From NCBI GenBank assembly GCA_037447605.1, contig CM074807.1, forward strand, positions 4,173,993 to 4,237,992: a stretch of 64,000 nucleotides of DNA, written 5' to 3'. Origin of the DNA: Zygnema circumcarinatum SAG 698-1b (lineage: Eukaryota > Plantae > Zygnematophyceae). Both the position numbers and the translations under genes were made by a program. Positions 1 to 11,600 of this stretch are shown here, piece by piece. The notes below the pieces were generated by a model. The model saw only the letters and a program-made list of their open reading frames with translations, was not told where the DNA came from and did no database searches. Within the stretch, counting starts at the first letter, position 1. Each line of letters opens with the position of its first letter.

Positions 1-216
1 AAGCCTGTGCAAGAGCGTCAAATGAAAGTGCAGGCTTTCAGCAACAGCATCCAACAGCATGCAACAGCCTCCTCAGTCCTCAGTCCTCCGTGCTTGGTCC
101 TGCCCGACAGCCAGCCAGTCCGCACGCACCCATCTGCTCCTCCGCCTGCTGCTGCGGTTGCTGACCGTGCAGGCGTACGTGCAGGACGCGGCCCACTTTC
201 GGACGAGGACGAGATG

Positions 217-1069
217 CAGGGTTGGGGGCACGGGGGCACGGGCATGCCCGGGGGGGGGGCATGCCCGGGGGGGGGGCATGCCCGGGGGGGGGGCATGCCC
301 GGGGGGGGGGCATGCCCGGGGGGGGGGCATGCCCCCCATTTTTGACCGTCCGTGCCCGGGGCACGCCTCCAAAAATTTTCCCCATATATTTCGTGCCCCC
401 CCGTGCCCCCTGTCACGTGACGCTTACCTCGTACGACCGGGCCCGGGCCGGTGACGATTGAAGACAGCGTTCAGTTCCGCATCGCAACTATCTCTTTCTA
501 ACAAAAAAGAAAAGAGAGAAAAAGCACTCAGTAAAATGATTTGGCATTGATCTCACTCAGTAACTATGTGTACAGTAATAGTAACACGCAAAAATCTGTT
601 CGATTTTGTTGTCTTCACGACCTGCTAAACACACCCTTGTAGATGTGGTACCTCCTTGTTCTTCGATCTGTTCTTTCATTCTTTTGCTTGGGGCTGTTTA
701 TGCTGTCAGTGAGATCTTGTGCTTCCGCAATTGTGGCGTCTCCGAGCCCAAGGCGTGGAGGGATGTCCGAGGCATCCTCTTCTCGGGCAGGAGGTACCAC
801 ATGCACATCTACAACCCTCCTGCCTCTTCCTCCCTCATCCATCCCTCGTACATTTGTACCTTGATCCGTACGTTTAAAACATTCATCTGTACTTTCCGTA
901 GCTTCATCCGTACCGTTTTTAAAATATTATATTCTTTTTGGGGCCGATTTGAATTGCTCAATGCAGTCACGTCACGGGGCACGAAAAAGGGGCATGCCCC
1001 CCCCCCCAAGGGGGGGGGGGGCACGTGCCCCTGGGCACGGGTCGGAGGGGGACCGTGCCCCCAACCCTA
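217..1069. mobile_element. Non-autonomous hAT-superfamily element (MITE-like, 853 bp)
   Basis: 17-bp TIRs CAGGGTTGGGGGCACGG (217-233) and CCGTGCCCCCAACCCTA (1053-1069), with an Ac-like C/T terminal mismatch. 8-bp flanking duplication ACGAGATG (209-216) / ACGAGAGG (1070-1077), 7/8 identical. Subterminal GGGCACG/GGGCATGCCC repeats; no transposase ORF. Confidence 0.88.
241..335. repeat. Subterminal tandem repeat (G-run + CATGCCC) of the hAT element
   Basis: Repeated GGGGGGGGGCATGCCC units read directly. Confidence 0.9.
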
Positions 1070-1111
1070 ACGAGAGGGCGTGCTGGAGACATTTCACCAA
1101 GTCGGCGGCCA

Positions 1112-1191
1112 AGTCAGTCAGTCAGTCAATTAGTCAGTCAGTCAGTCAGTCAGTCAGTCAGTCAAATAGTCGGTCAACTAGTCAGTCAGTC
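1112..1191. repeat. (AGTC)n microsatellite, imperfect
   Basis: Read directly. Confidence 0.95.
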
Positions 1192-1262
1192 TGGCGGCAT
1201 TTACAACGCGCGACGCCGTACTCGGGCCTCCCTCCCACCCCTCAACTTCCTCCCCCCCCCCC

Positions 1263-1272
1263 NNNNNNNNNN
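1263..1272. other. Assembly gap (10 N) inside a poly-C run; equivalent gaps at 47320-47329 and 56678-56687
   Basis: N runs flanked by C or G homopolymers. Confidence 0.98.
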
Positions 1273-3100
1273 CCCCCCCCCCCCCCCCCCCACCCACCCC
1301 CTCTCCGCCCCCTATCTCCCTACCTCATTCCCCCTTCCTCACTTCCCCGACCCTATCCTCCCTCACTCCCCTTTCCTCCCTTTATGGCGGAGCCCTTGTG
1401 GTGATTGCCTCTGTCAATGCTGCAGTTTGTTGGAAGTATTGCGAGAAATGAACATCCCCGAAGGAACCACCGTATGTATTGCCGCAAACGAGAAAAGAGG
1501 GGTTTTTTGTTCCACTTGCTGCTCATTACAACCTCAGGCAATTGAGAAACTACAAGTACTCATGGGCCGAGGGAAGTGTTTTGAGGAACCAGACGAAAAT
1601 TATCATAAGAGTATGGAATGTTCCTCAATTTGATGGAATTGTGGAGGTAAGGGTCTCATGAATTTTAAGTTTACAATCCTGGAGAGAGAGTCCTGGGTCC
1701 AGGCACTTGGGATTGGTCAGTGATTTCTGAATGAATGAACAGGAAACCACTTTTCCTACGATTACTGAGTGGCACGTGCTCCTAACCGATTTTCACTAGT
1801 AGCGTATAGGCCACGGATATGGCTTTAGGGTTTCATCTCCCTCCTCCCCCTTCCCCCCCTCCCCCTCCCTCCTCCCCTCCCTTCCTCCCCTCCTCCCTCC
1901 TCCTCCCTCCCCTTACCTTCTCCCCCTCCCCTTCTTTCCCCCCTCCCCCAAAACACACATCCCTTCCCCCCTCCCTGCTCCATCCGCTGAACGTGCTTTT
2001 GCAATGGTATCAAACAGGGTTATTCCCCCCATAGGACAAAACATCAAAAAGTGTTATTCCCCCCATAGCACAAACAAGCAAGCACCTGCTGGCGCTCATT
2101 CTCGGGCGCCTAAGCACGTCAAATCGCAATCAGCTATCCTTCAGCTTTGTTTATTTCAAATGGCTTCCTCTGATGAGTCCGAGACTGCACCGTCTTCTTC
2201 TCATGTGAAGTATGAAGCGCACAATGGCCCACCCGCCCAGCCCTGCGAACAGCCAAATGACGAGAATGACGAGCTTCCACTTGTTGTTGCTGATCGTGAC
2301 AGGCGACCTCAAGTACTTGTACGTGGCAAAAAGAACAAGCTCGAGCTTTTTAATCAGAGGGGAGTTTGAAATTTGTCGTTGTTCGATCTCCCTCGTATTT
2401 CTTCCTTCTCCTTCAACACCCGTTTCTCTCGTGTAGCAGGCAAGGTGTTGGGCCTTCCCTTCTTCCCAAGGCGAAGCCGAGCCTTCCATCGGGGTGCAGC
2501 CCCCAAGTAATGCGTCGTTTGCTTCTGTGGGGCTGAGCAGTTGGCGCTTCTCCTCTCTCGCCTCGGGGTGGGTGATGATGGCCCCTGCATTTTAAAAGAA
2601 ACCGCAATGGATTGACGTGTCAGTCACAAGCAAAAGAAACAGAAAGTAGAAGTCCGAGAAACACCGGCGGGAAGTAATGAATGTCGATGAGATAGATGTG
2701 GTGCTAGTTGAGTCGGTCGAAACAATAGATTTGCACTAAACGAGACCCGACCTCTGTTTGAGTACTTCGATGTGCAGGTTGTGAAAGAGACCAAGGATAC
2801 GGACTGCATATCAGAAACTGGAAGATTAAACCCGACTTCAGCGGTGGCTTCCGGGTTTCAGCAAGACATCTGCCATACATCTCGCGCAGAGAGCGTTCTC
2901 CTTGCATGAAACAGATACAGATAAACAAATTCCTCCAGATTTCCTCAGTCATCCATCTCCTCAAGTGACGTATTTTTCTTTGTTATTTTTTTTACCCAAC
3001 GACGTTAAGATAGACCTATGAAAGGTATCACTTTGACGAGGAACAAAAATATGATTCAAAACGTCGAGGCACGAGTACGTTTCTTCAGCTGTCAACGAGA

Positions 3101-6100
3101 CTAGTCACCTGGCAAAGCTTCCCGTTTGTAGAATAGGAGCCACTCGAAAAATCCGCGATGTTGCCATTCGGGCAGTCTCCTCCGGCATACACAGTAAGAT
3201 CGGAGTTCCAACCACAGCCGTCCAACTGAGTAGAGATGGTTTGATACGAGTTTTACAACCTAGAGATCCCACCAATGCCAACTACTTTCTGATAAATGTG
3301 AAATGCCAATAAACTTATATAACAGAACGATAGCATTGGAAACGATTAGCTGAGTCTGGATGAACAAAAAGAGTTCAAATTAGTAGAGTGAACTGCCTGG
3401 AGAAGCTAAGGCAGCCCGTCTACAATGTAAGTGGGTCTGCAAATTTATGCGTAATGCGGCGATTCCAGTCTGTCGTGGCAGCTGATAAATTGAGACAAGA
3501 GATGCTTATTGCTCACCTGAGGAAGTTGTGCTGCTCGTTTATCTCCAAAGGTGAAATAGAGAATCAGGGGCCACCGAGCCTGCAATTCAGTATATACAAA
3601 GGTGACAATTGATGGTTGGCCAAACCGCATATCATCAACCAAACGAATGGCACCACGTCTGGGCACGAGCAACGATGGAAAAATACCTTTTACCAAAACG
3701 ATCCTGATTGGGCAAAAGTTCGGGTCAGGAATTCTTTGCCGACTGGTGAGAACAGGGAGAAGTTAAAGATCAATCCACCTGAGAAGCTGCCATCCACTGA
3801 ATCATCGACTTGATCTGTAAGTCTCCCTTAAAGACCCCACAGCCCCAATTTCCGGTCGCCACAGCTCCTTCAGAAACCTGCAGCTCGGCACTCTGCAATC
3901 GGTTCATCAAGGGGAAAAACAAAGCCTCTCGTATTCTCGCTTGCAGAGCTTACTAAGCTTGTACAATTAGTGTGTGTTTTTTTGCCAATAAACACGCGTC
4001 ACCGGACCATGTTCAAAATGGTTAGCCTGCATCAGGACGACGTTTAACTTAACCGGTTCTGATCAACTCCAGCTTGCCTTGGTTGTTTCAGTAATTTCAG
4101 ATATTTCACACAGACGAGGTGTCGCTCTGATGATGCAAAGCTACAGTGACTTCATCACAGCTCTTCCTGCGATTTTTCCCCTAACCATTGACCGCTCACC
4201 GTAGCTGCGGGGGTTGCCTCCGTAAGCTTATCAGCCGAGGGCCTGAATCCACAATAGGCTTTGTTGATTTCCCTGAAGAGCACACAGCATGGGCATGTCT
4301 ATCAGGCTCGCTCAAGATGTCAACATGCTTGGTTCGGTATTTACTCTTTCCATTATTCAAGTAATAAGACCTCACACAGGGGGGGGCTATCAATGTCGTA
4401 CCTGAGAGTGAACCTGTCTTCATATTGCCGCCGTTCCGCATCTTCAAGAGCGTCAATGGCGACAATTTTCGTGAGACGTCTCCCCAAGTCATCACGTGGT
4501 GTTTGATCTTCGTAGTCACCAGCGAAGGTAAATGAAGCGCCGTACCTATATGCAGAACCCCATCCCATGGAATTACTGAATCATCGTCAGCGGAAGCCAT
4601 TCGATGCAATAATGACCGGAAGACGAGGGACTGGAACTGGAAGCATCGATAGAATCAAACATCTCCAAACTCCAAACTCCTTTCCTCCTTTTTGTATTGA
4701 AATGATGGTTTGAAAACAACAGAAAAAAGGCATCAATTTCTGGGATGCATCTGAGCTCCCCAGCAGCAGGCATATCCTGCACCACTTGTCTGCAACACCC
4801 CCTGAGGCTCAAAATCTCGACCCTAATTGTCACGTCACGCGGCACGACCAACGAACACAGGGCTTCCAAGTTCCAATGCCGGCAGCCGTTGACTGGGTCA
4901 ACGGTCAAACTCCACCGACGAACTTCACGCAACCACGTACTGCCACGTCGGACTAACAGCACTGTTCCTCTCCAAAAAATCAATGGGATTCCACCACGTG
5001 CCCCTCCCGGAAGATAGAAATCCTTACAGTTTGAAATTACCGAGCCCCGTTCAACTGGACGGGACTAGACACGTAGACACGCTGCCATACCGTACAAAGC
5101 GGCCAACTGCACAGCGCTTTTCTTTCCCAGTCTCCGAGGAGAAATGCGGTGGCTGGAGGAGGCAGCGCAAAAAAGCACTCGCGTATCCTCACCATGTTCA
5201 CAGGTAGGAAAGTCCAAATCTCTACAAGGGGAAACCCTTTGAAAACTAAGGACCTGTTTATGGAGGAGTGAAAATGTTACCCCTTGTAAGAACTGAAGCG
5301 TTCCGCTCCAACCACCTCGATCGCTTCCCTCTCTCCCATTCGCGGACAAATCAGCATTCCCACGATCAGTTCTGGCGAAATCATAAAGCGAATTTCCTCC
5401 TGCAGAGGTGGAAGACGGGAGAAAAACCAGACGAGTGAGAAGGGTTGTTCATTGAAACATTTGAAGGCTTGCATTTATTAATGGCACCTGAATCGCACTC
5501 AATTGATAGGCCTCGCATATTCCACTGCATAGCTGTCCTCCTCACCGTTTTCTTAGTTTAGCATCCCTGTCAGTTGACCATTCTTTCCCACAATTCCCAC
5601 AGCCATTTTCCTTCCGAAGCGACTTAACATTCAGTCTGCAACGGAAGAGAGTCAGAACTACGTGAAAGGGTTCTTAGAGACCTGAACACATCCGGATCCC
5701 AGTGCCCCCCCGCCGAGAAACTTGTTCGCAAAATCCACCTGCAGACAGTTGCTGTCCATGTCTTCTATTGCGCCGCATGCTACGGCCTGCTCCACAGCCA
5801 ATCATCACACTCTGCATTGACTATTCCACACGGTTCGGCACCGAGACGAGGAATATTCTGTTCGAAAGCCAAGCCACTATTGATGTGGTTTTTATTCCGG
5901 TTCCAAGCTACACATGCAAAGCTTTCACTCTTCTAAATGCACTACCAGATCTGTACGCTTCATCCTTCCTCAAGCAAAAGGAGGGCGCCGTACCTCAAAT
6001 CTGTTCAGCGGAGTCGTTTGACATTCCCAGAAAGTATCCTCGCTAAACGGTTGCTTTCTATTCTGGTATCCAATCAGATTGGAAGGCAGCAGTTTGCGTT

Positions 6101-7523
6101 CAAAAGAGATACGACCCGTCGGCATTTTTTTGCGCACTCGGTCGAAGTAGTGCAGTAGACACAGTAGCTTCTCCTTCTGTCCGCGGCTGCAGGCCATGTG
6201 TCAAACCAGGGTGTCAACAAGCAAAACGTTCCAAAGGATGCGTTCTTTTTCATATCACATTTGCAGCTTCGTCCAAACATGCGATTAGCTGCTCTAAACA
6301 CGTTCTTTCGTTCTTTACGTGTGAGGTAAGCTGGGAATCAAGTGAGAATGCCCTAACATGAACAGTTGATCAAAGTTGATTGGTGGAAGGTCCCTCTCCT
6401 TCCGGCGAGCCTCGGGAAAAAGACACAGAAATGCGCAAGCCAGAGTAGAGGCGGCAAGCTCCTGCAGCAAACAGAAGAGACTCCCCCAAACCGCCAGCCA
6501 GCAGCTCAGTCGTCGTCCTTACAGGCCGGCTTTCATTGCGGGTTAGATGAGACTATTGGAGTCCCTGCCCGTGCAAGGGGGATCATCCATTGGACATTTT
6601 GTAAACGAATGGCGGATGGATTCTTGGAGTGCAGCGTTTATTGACTATCTAGTCCCAAAATGTTCTGAAAGTGCTGAATTCGACGGGCATTGATTCCGAG
6701 CGATTGCTGTCATTTCTAGCAGAAATAGTGAGTAACGTTATGGTTTATGTTTCTGGCAGAAAGGGGAAAAAGTAAAAAAGGCTCCGTTGGCTTACCTGAC
6801 TGATAATCACAGCGGCAGGTTCACCTGAGTGCAATATATCAAGGGAACACGACGATTCACATGCGAAAACATCCAGATGCATGACTCTATTCCGGTCTCG
6901 ATAGGGGAATTTTCTTGGTTCCTTGTTCATCAAGTCTGGGAAGTTCCTTGCAAGCTCTGCTATGGAGGGGAAGATTTTGGAAAAAAAATGTGATTTGGAG
7001 AATTCTCCATGTCCATTCTCTTCGAGAACCTGCAAACAGTGAAACGCATTCACTGACTGAAGGAAAGTCGTCAACACTGATAGACAGTGATGCTTGCTTA
7101 CCACTTTCTCACTGCACCCACCTGCTGATGTGTCAAAGGTAAAATTTCTCAAGCACATGCGCTTCACGGCGAGGGGCAAAGGTAATCCTATTTCCCATCT
7201 GACAGCCCAAGAGCTTCTACTGTACTTGATCAAATAAATATAGCTTCTGGAAGTGATTAACTTACATTCTCAAAGAAATATCGAAGGCCCTTTCGCAGAG
7301 GTTCTCCTGTACTCAGTTTCAATTGTCCCCGGAGCTTATCAAACGTATGAATAAGCGAGGTGGCTGACGAAATTTCGATCGCCTTTGGCCCTTTTGAAAT
7401 CTCGTCGAGACTCTCATACAGATTTTTTTGCAACGTATAGCCTGACGGGGGAAGCACTGGCAACATATCGGAAACCTCAAAGTTCAAAGTCTCAAAGTTC
7501 CGCTTTGCATTACGAGAATCCAT
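3101..7523 (-). CDS. PARG: Poly(ADP-ribose) glycohydrolase, paralogue A (11 exons, about 521 aa)
   Basis: Exons 7523-7266, 7029-6796, 6461-6358, 6186-5994, 5786-5682, 5399-5281, 4545-4402, 4272-4200, 3892-3779, 3579-3517 and 3259-3101 are all GT-AG and phase-consistent (1566 nt). Motifs: [19 protein letters not shown]|EEIRF (GGG-X7-QEE), [44 protein letters not shown]. Confidence 0.95.
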
Positions 7524-7883
7524 TGCCTATCAGAAGAAAAAGAGAAGCAAGAACACTGAAATCCCTGATGCTCTAGGTTCTGCAAGGGGCTCCAGCGCGG
7601 CCTAATCATCCGTCCAACAATCTTATGTTGACATCCTCCTCACTCTTGGTCGGTAAATTGCAGGGCGGCCGCCTGCAAGGCCGCAGGTCTGTGAATTCCC
7701 GCGAGGTGGAGGGCCTGCACCTGCATGGCTGCGCATGGCCTCGGGAGCTGCCGAGGCGGACTAAGCCCGGCTGCGCCATGCTCGCTGCAGCTCTATGCTC
7801 CTGCTCGCCGCCGCCACGTGCACTTCCAGAAGCGCCATTAACACATGCAACTTTTAGGAACCCGCCGGGAGCTGCATGCCACC
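7524..7883. promoter_or_regulatory. Putative bidirectional promoter/5'-UTR region between PARG (-) and PARP-like (+)
   Basis: About 360 bp between the divergent ATGs; GC-rich core with a CACGTG G-box near 7815. A PARG 5'-UTR intron acceptor lies just upstream of its ATG. Confidence 0.55.
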
Positions 7884-10071
7884 ATGCCTGAGCCGAAGAT
7901 CCATGGCCTCTTGCCGGTATGTACTATGCAGTTCACATGACGATAGACGCACGCCTCGCTTTCTTATCATGCGAATTTTTAAACATACATGAATCAGTTT
8001 TCTGTTATGCACATATTTTTTTTTTCCATGAAGCGAGTCTAGATGTTTCATTTTTCAAACTCTTTCACATGATACAGCTCGCTTCTGTACCAACAAGTCG
8101 CGGAAGTACGAAAGTCAATCTTACGCTGCAATATACATCTCAGGGCAGATCTCGCTAGTTGTGCCGTCCTACTATGCATCGAATTGTCTGATTTCGAAAA
8201 ATGGAATACCTTGTAGAGGTTGAAGGTTTGTGCGGATACCTTTATTTCTCTCCAATACTACTGGATTAGAGAGCTGATTGTGTTCGCTGGGCAGGTATAA
8301 CCATGCATATAAGATACAGCTGATCTTGCGAGATGTAAATATGTGTGTTTATGTAGTTAACTTTGGAAGTCACATCTGTTTTCACCAGTGTGTCATAGTA
8401 CCATTTCTGCAAGTGGAGCTTTCAGTCGTCTGCATACTTAGAATGTCGTGTCTCAAGGAGCATGAAAATGACGTGCTGGAAAGTGACAGTACGTGCAATG
8501 TGAAAGTTTGCAATTTTTTTGCGTTGTGCAGACGAGGAATTGGCAGAAATCCAATCTCTTATAGACAGCACATTCATCAGGAGATACGTCGGAAGGTCAA
8601 GAGACTATCGAAGTCCTCCGCAAGGGCAATACAGGTGGTTTCTTGCGATTGAAATGTCCTCGACAAGAACGATCTGGCGTCATCTTGAATGCATTGGAAG
8701 GCCCATGGCTCGACTCAAAATCAAGAACTGGCTACAGTAAAATTTGCATGCATGTTCAGATCGGTGGCAAGGAAGTTGCTTCTCTTCTCATTCTCTTTTT
8801 ATTTCCACACATTCGTTCACATTAAACAAACGATGCGGAAACTTCCGTTCAAGCTTTAGATATTGCTTTCAGATTTTTTCGAGGTTTTTTTTTTCCCTCT
8901 CTGATAAGTTTGACGATTGCATGCATCCAGACAACTCACTGTGCACTCTGCCTACGCGGCACGCCGCACGCCCAGTTTCGCCGCGCAGTTCCCGTGCTGT
9001 TCCCACAGCACATGCAGAGAATGTGCACCGACGAGCGAGTCGCCGTACGTGGCCGAATGCGCCACTCGGCCGTGCCTTCCCTCCTCGCTGAGGCTGGATG
9101 CACATGAAGCAGTTTTGTTCCATGGGACAACTGAAGAGGCTGCTTTGAATATCTTTAGGTGCGGTTTTGATACCAGGCATTGCAGATTGCAGATGTTTGG
9201 CAAAGGGATATACTTCACAGAGCACTCAAGCAAAGCAGATGTTTATGCTGAGCCGTCTAAAACAACCGGTAAGAGGTGGAGTTCAATCTGGCTACCTTCA
9301 ATGCATAGATGCATTCTGCGATAAAATGATCTCTTGTGCGCTTGTAGGTCATCTACAGTTTTACAAACTGCACTTGCGTCTGTCCTTCGAACTGGTGTCT
9401 CAATCATTTGCGACGCCTGTTAGGGCGTGGGACATTGGTCTAAATCTTTATGTAGGGCTGGCGACTGAGAAAGTTGATCCTGATTCTGTGTATGTATCTG
9501 CTGCGCTGTTATCTCTGTCCTGCTAATCCATCCAACATATTTGCATCCAGGCCTCTTTGTGATGGTCGTTGCACGAGTGTTTTCGAGCAAACCGCACATA
9601 CAGTTGAGGCACAATAACTCACTCACTGAACCTCCGAACGGCGGGGATGCGCTCATAGCGCCAAGAAGGGTACGGCACATTATACAGTTTGCCTGCAGCT
9701 CTTGGATATTGGAAATTTTTCCTTCAACAAAGAATCATTAAAATGTTTTGGTCACATCCTGCGTGTTATGGTCCTCCTCAGGTGGAGGTTTGAAAGCGAT
9801 ACCGCTCATGGTGAGTATGTTGCAAGGGCTTGCATGTGTGGCATGCTCCTCAGGACGTGGTCTTCCTCGACATCTAAACTGGATCAGTTGAAGTATCCCG
9901 CACGATGCACCTTTGAGGAAGGAGTGTGTGAGGCTCACTGAACCCTGACGGCCTATTTGCGCCATGCAGAATGACCATGAAGATGCGGAGCTTATACTGT
10001 ACAGGGAATTCGTCTTTCATAGCTCGCATCACTGCGCCCCGCTGTACCTCGTGTACTACGAAAGGGCTTGA
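7884..10071 (+). CDS. Small PARP/ART catalytic-domain protein, tankyrase-like, H-Y-E triad
   Basis: Phase-consistent exons about 8931-9268 (EAVLFHGTTEEAALNIFRCGFDTRHCRLQMFGKGIYFTEHSSKADVYAEP), 9551-9669 (GLFVMVVARV...PPNGGDALIAP) and 9970-10071 (ELILYREFVFHSSHHCAPLYLVYYERA*). Probable upstream exon from 8532 (DEELAEIQSLIDSTF...SRDY). The 5' end is uncertain: candidate ATGs at 7884 and 7903 precede the donor CG|GTATGT at 7917. Confidence 0.85.
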
Positions 10072-11600
10072 AGAGGCTGCAGTGCTGCTGCTGCTGTTGA
10101 GGTCGGCGCTGCAGTGCATGCGGCGTCTTCAAGACCCAATCATCACAATCATGACATCAATGGGAACATCAGTAATGTTCTGCCCAATCACGGGCTTCTC
10201 AAGAACAAGAGGAATGTTGTACCTTTCCAACTCATCAATTGGCCCTACTCCACTGAGTATGAGCAGTTGGGGCGCCAACTTTGTGTTAAGGATTCTATTT
10301 CCGTTTTTCCGTTTCCGTTATCTTTTTTTTTTTTTTAAGACCCAGGGTAGATTGCGTCGTGATGTCTGCTTGCTTGAGTGCGGTGACGGTTCCTTCCCTT
10401 GCAGTGTGATGTGATGTGCTGTGCTGTGCTGTGCTGTGCGGGCAGTTCTTCGTGGTTCCCATCATTTGATGGCATCATCGCCATGTGTGAGATCCATGCC
10501 ACATCTTTCCTCAGCCGAACTCTGTCATGCCCAAACAACAGGAATAAGGAGCGAGAAAGCTCAGAGAGAGGCTGCCAAAAGCCTAGCTGACCTATGTGCT
10601 TTAGTTATTTGTTCGCTGTGACAGCGTCCTGTGCGGCAGCGATCCACCCACCCCGAGTCACATGTGGCAAATTATGTGTCGCAGGTACAACGCAGCGAAA
10701 GGCCAATCCCGTAAAGTGCCGCAGTTTCTGTCATTCGACAGGCACGTACTTCCGTACCTCTGTACGTCCGGGCCTCCCGCGCGCCCGTGCTCACTCACGG
10801 GCGGGGCCGTGTCGTGTCGTGTCGGCGCGCGCCATCTTCGAAAGATCTCCGGCGCGGCCCTCCCTCCCATTGGCTGCAGGCCAATAGTCAACCTTCAGTG
10901 CGCCACGTGGCGCTCACGTGGCAGCCCCTTCCGCGTCTCTCCGCTCGCCGCGTGTCCCTCCGCTGTTCCATGCCAACGGTCGATCGCGCGCAATCCGCGG
11001 ACTCGTACGGACGGAAAGATTTCCGTCCTGTGTTGCTTGTCGCGGAGCGGTCAAAAACTTCAAAAGGTGACGTCACTCTACTGCGCGCCGAAAGCGCCGA
11101 CACGATCCATCGGCCGGGGGGCCGCCCGCCGTCGAGACCTGGTGACGCCAGCAAGGTCGCTCTCATCCACAGTCACGCATCGGACGGCGACCATTCGCGG
11201 GAGGCGCGTGGAGGTGATCTGGAGGACATCGGACCGTCCGTAACACGTGGAAAGGCGCAGGCCCATTGGTGAGCGTGACGGCAATCCACGTGGCAGCACC
11301 ATCTTGGGTTGCGAATCGCCGCGGGACAGCGGAAGATGCCATCGCGTTGTACGAAGTGCGGACGGCGCCGTACGGGCGAGGATGTTTCCGCCGCGCGCCG
11401 GCGACATCACCAGCGGGGTCGACATCACTGCTCCGGGCGGCCCAACATCACTCCTCGGAGCTGCCCAACATCACTCCCAGCAAAGGGCAGTCGGTGCGGC
11501 GCGGCCCGAGGGGGAGAGGAGAGAGGGAGAGAGGATAGAAGAGGGGAGGAGAGAGGAGGGGAGGGGAGGGGAGGGGAGGGGAGAGGGGCGGCGCAGAGCC

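Larger units (their letters stand above)
173..1646 (+). pseudogene. Interrupted O-fucosyltransferase-like gene fragment (plant At2g04280/At4g12700-type C-terminal region)
   Basis: Removing the element at 217-1069 and one TSD copy restores an exon (173-216 + 1078-1112, GVRAGRGPLSDEDERACWRHFTKSAAK, donor AA|GTCAGT). It joins in phase 2 to exon 1426-1646 (NLLEVLREMNIPEGTTVCIAANEKR/GFFVPLAAHYNLRQLRNYKYSWAEGS...PQFDGIVE|GTAAG). This resembles the YIATNE..SFF.PL..KY...W.E.S...EFDG segment of that family, recalled from memory. A frameshift lies at the GGGG/TTTTTT run near 1500; no downstream exon was found. Confidence 0.5.

Noticed and set aside
1063-1070. Telomere-like AACCCTAA (also TTTAGGGTT near 1825)
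   Set aside because: Single units; the first is simply the hAT TIR end plus the TSD.
2005-2015. TGGTATCAAAC resembling the tRNA-iMet primer-binding site of LTR retrotransposons
   Set aside because: Imperfect match; no LTR pair, gag/pol or polypurine tract found.
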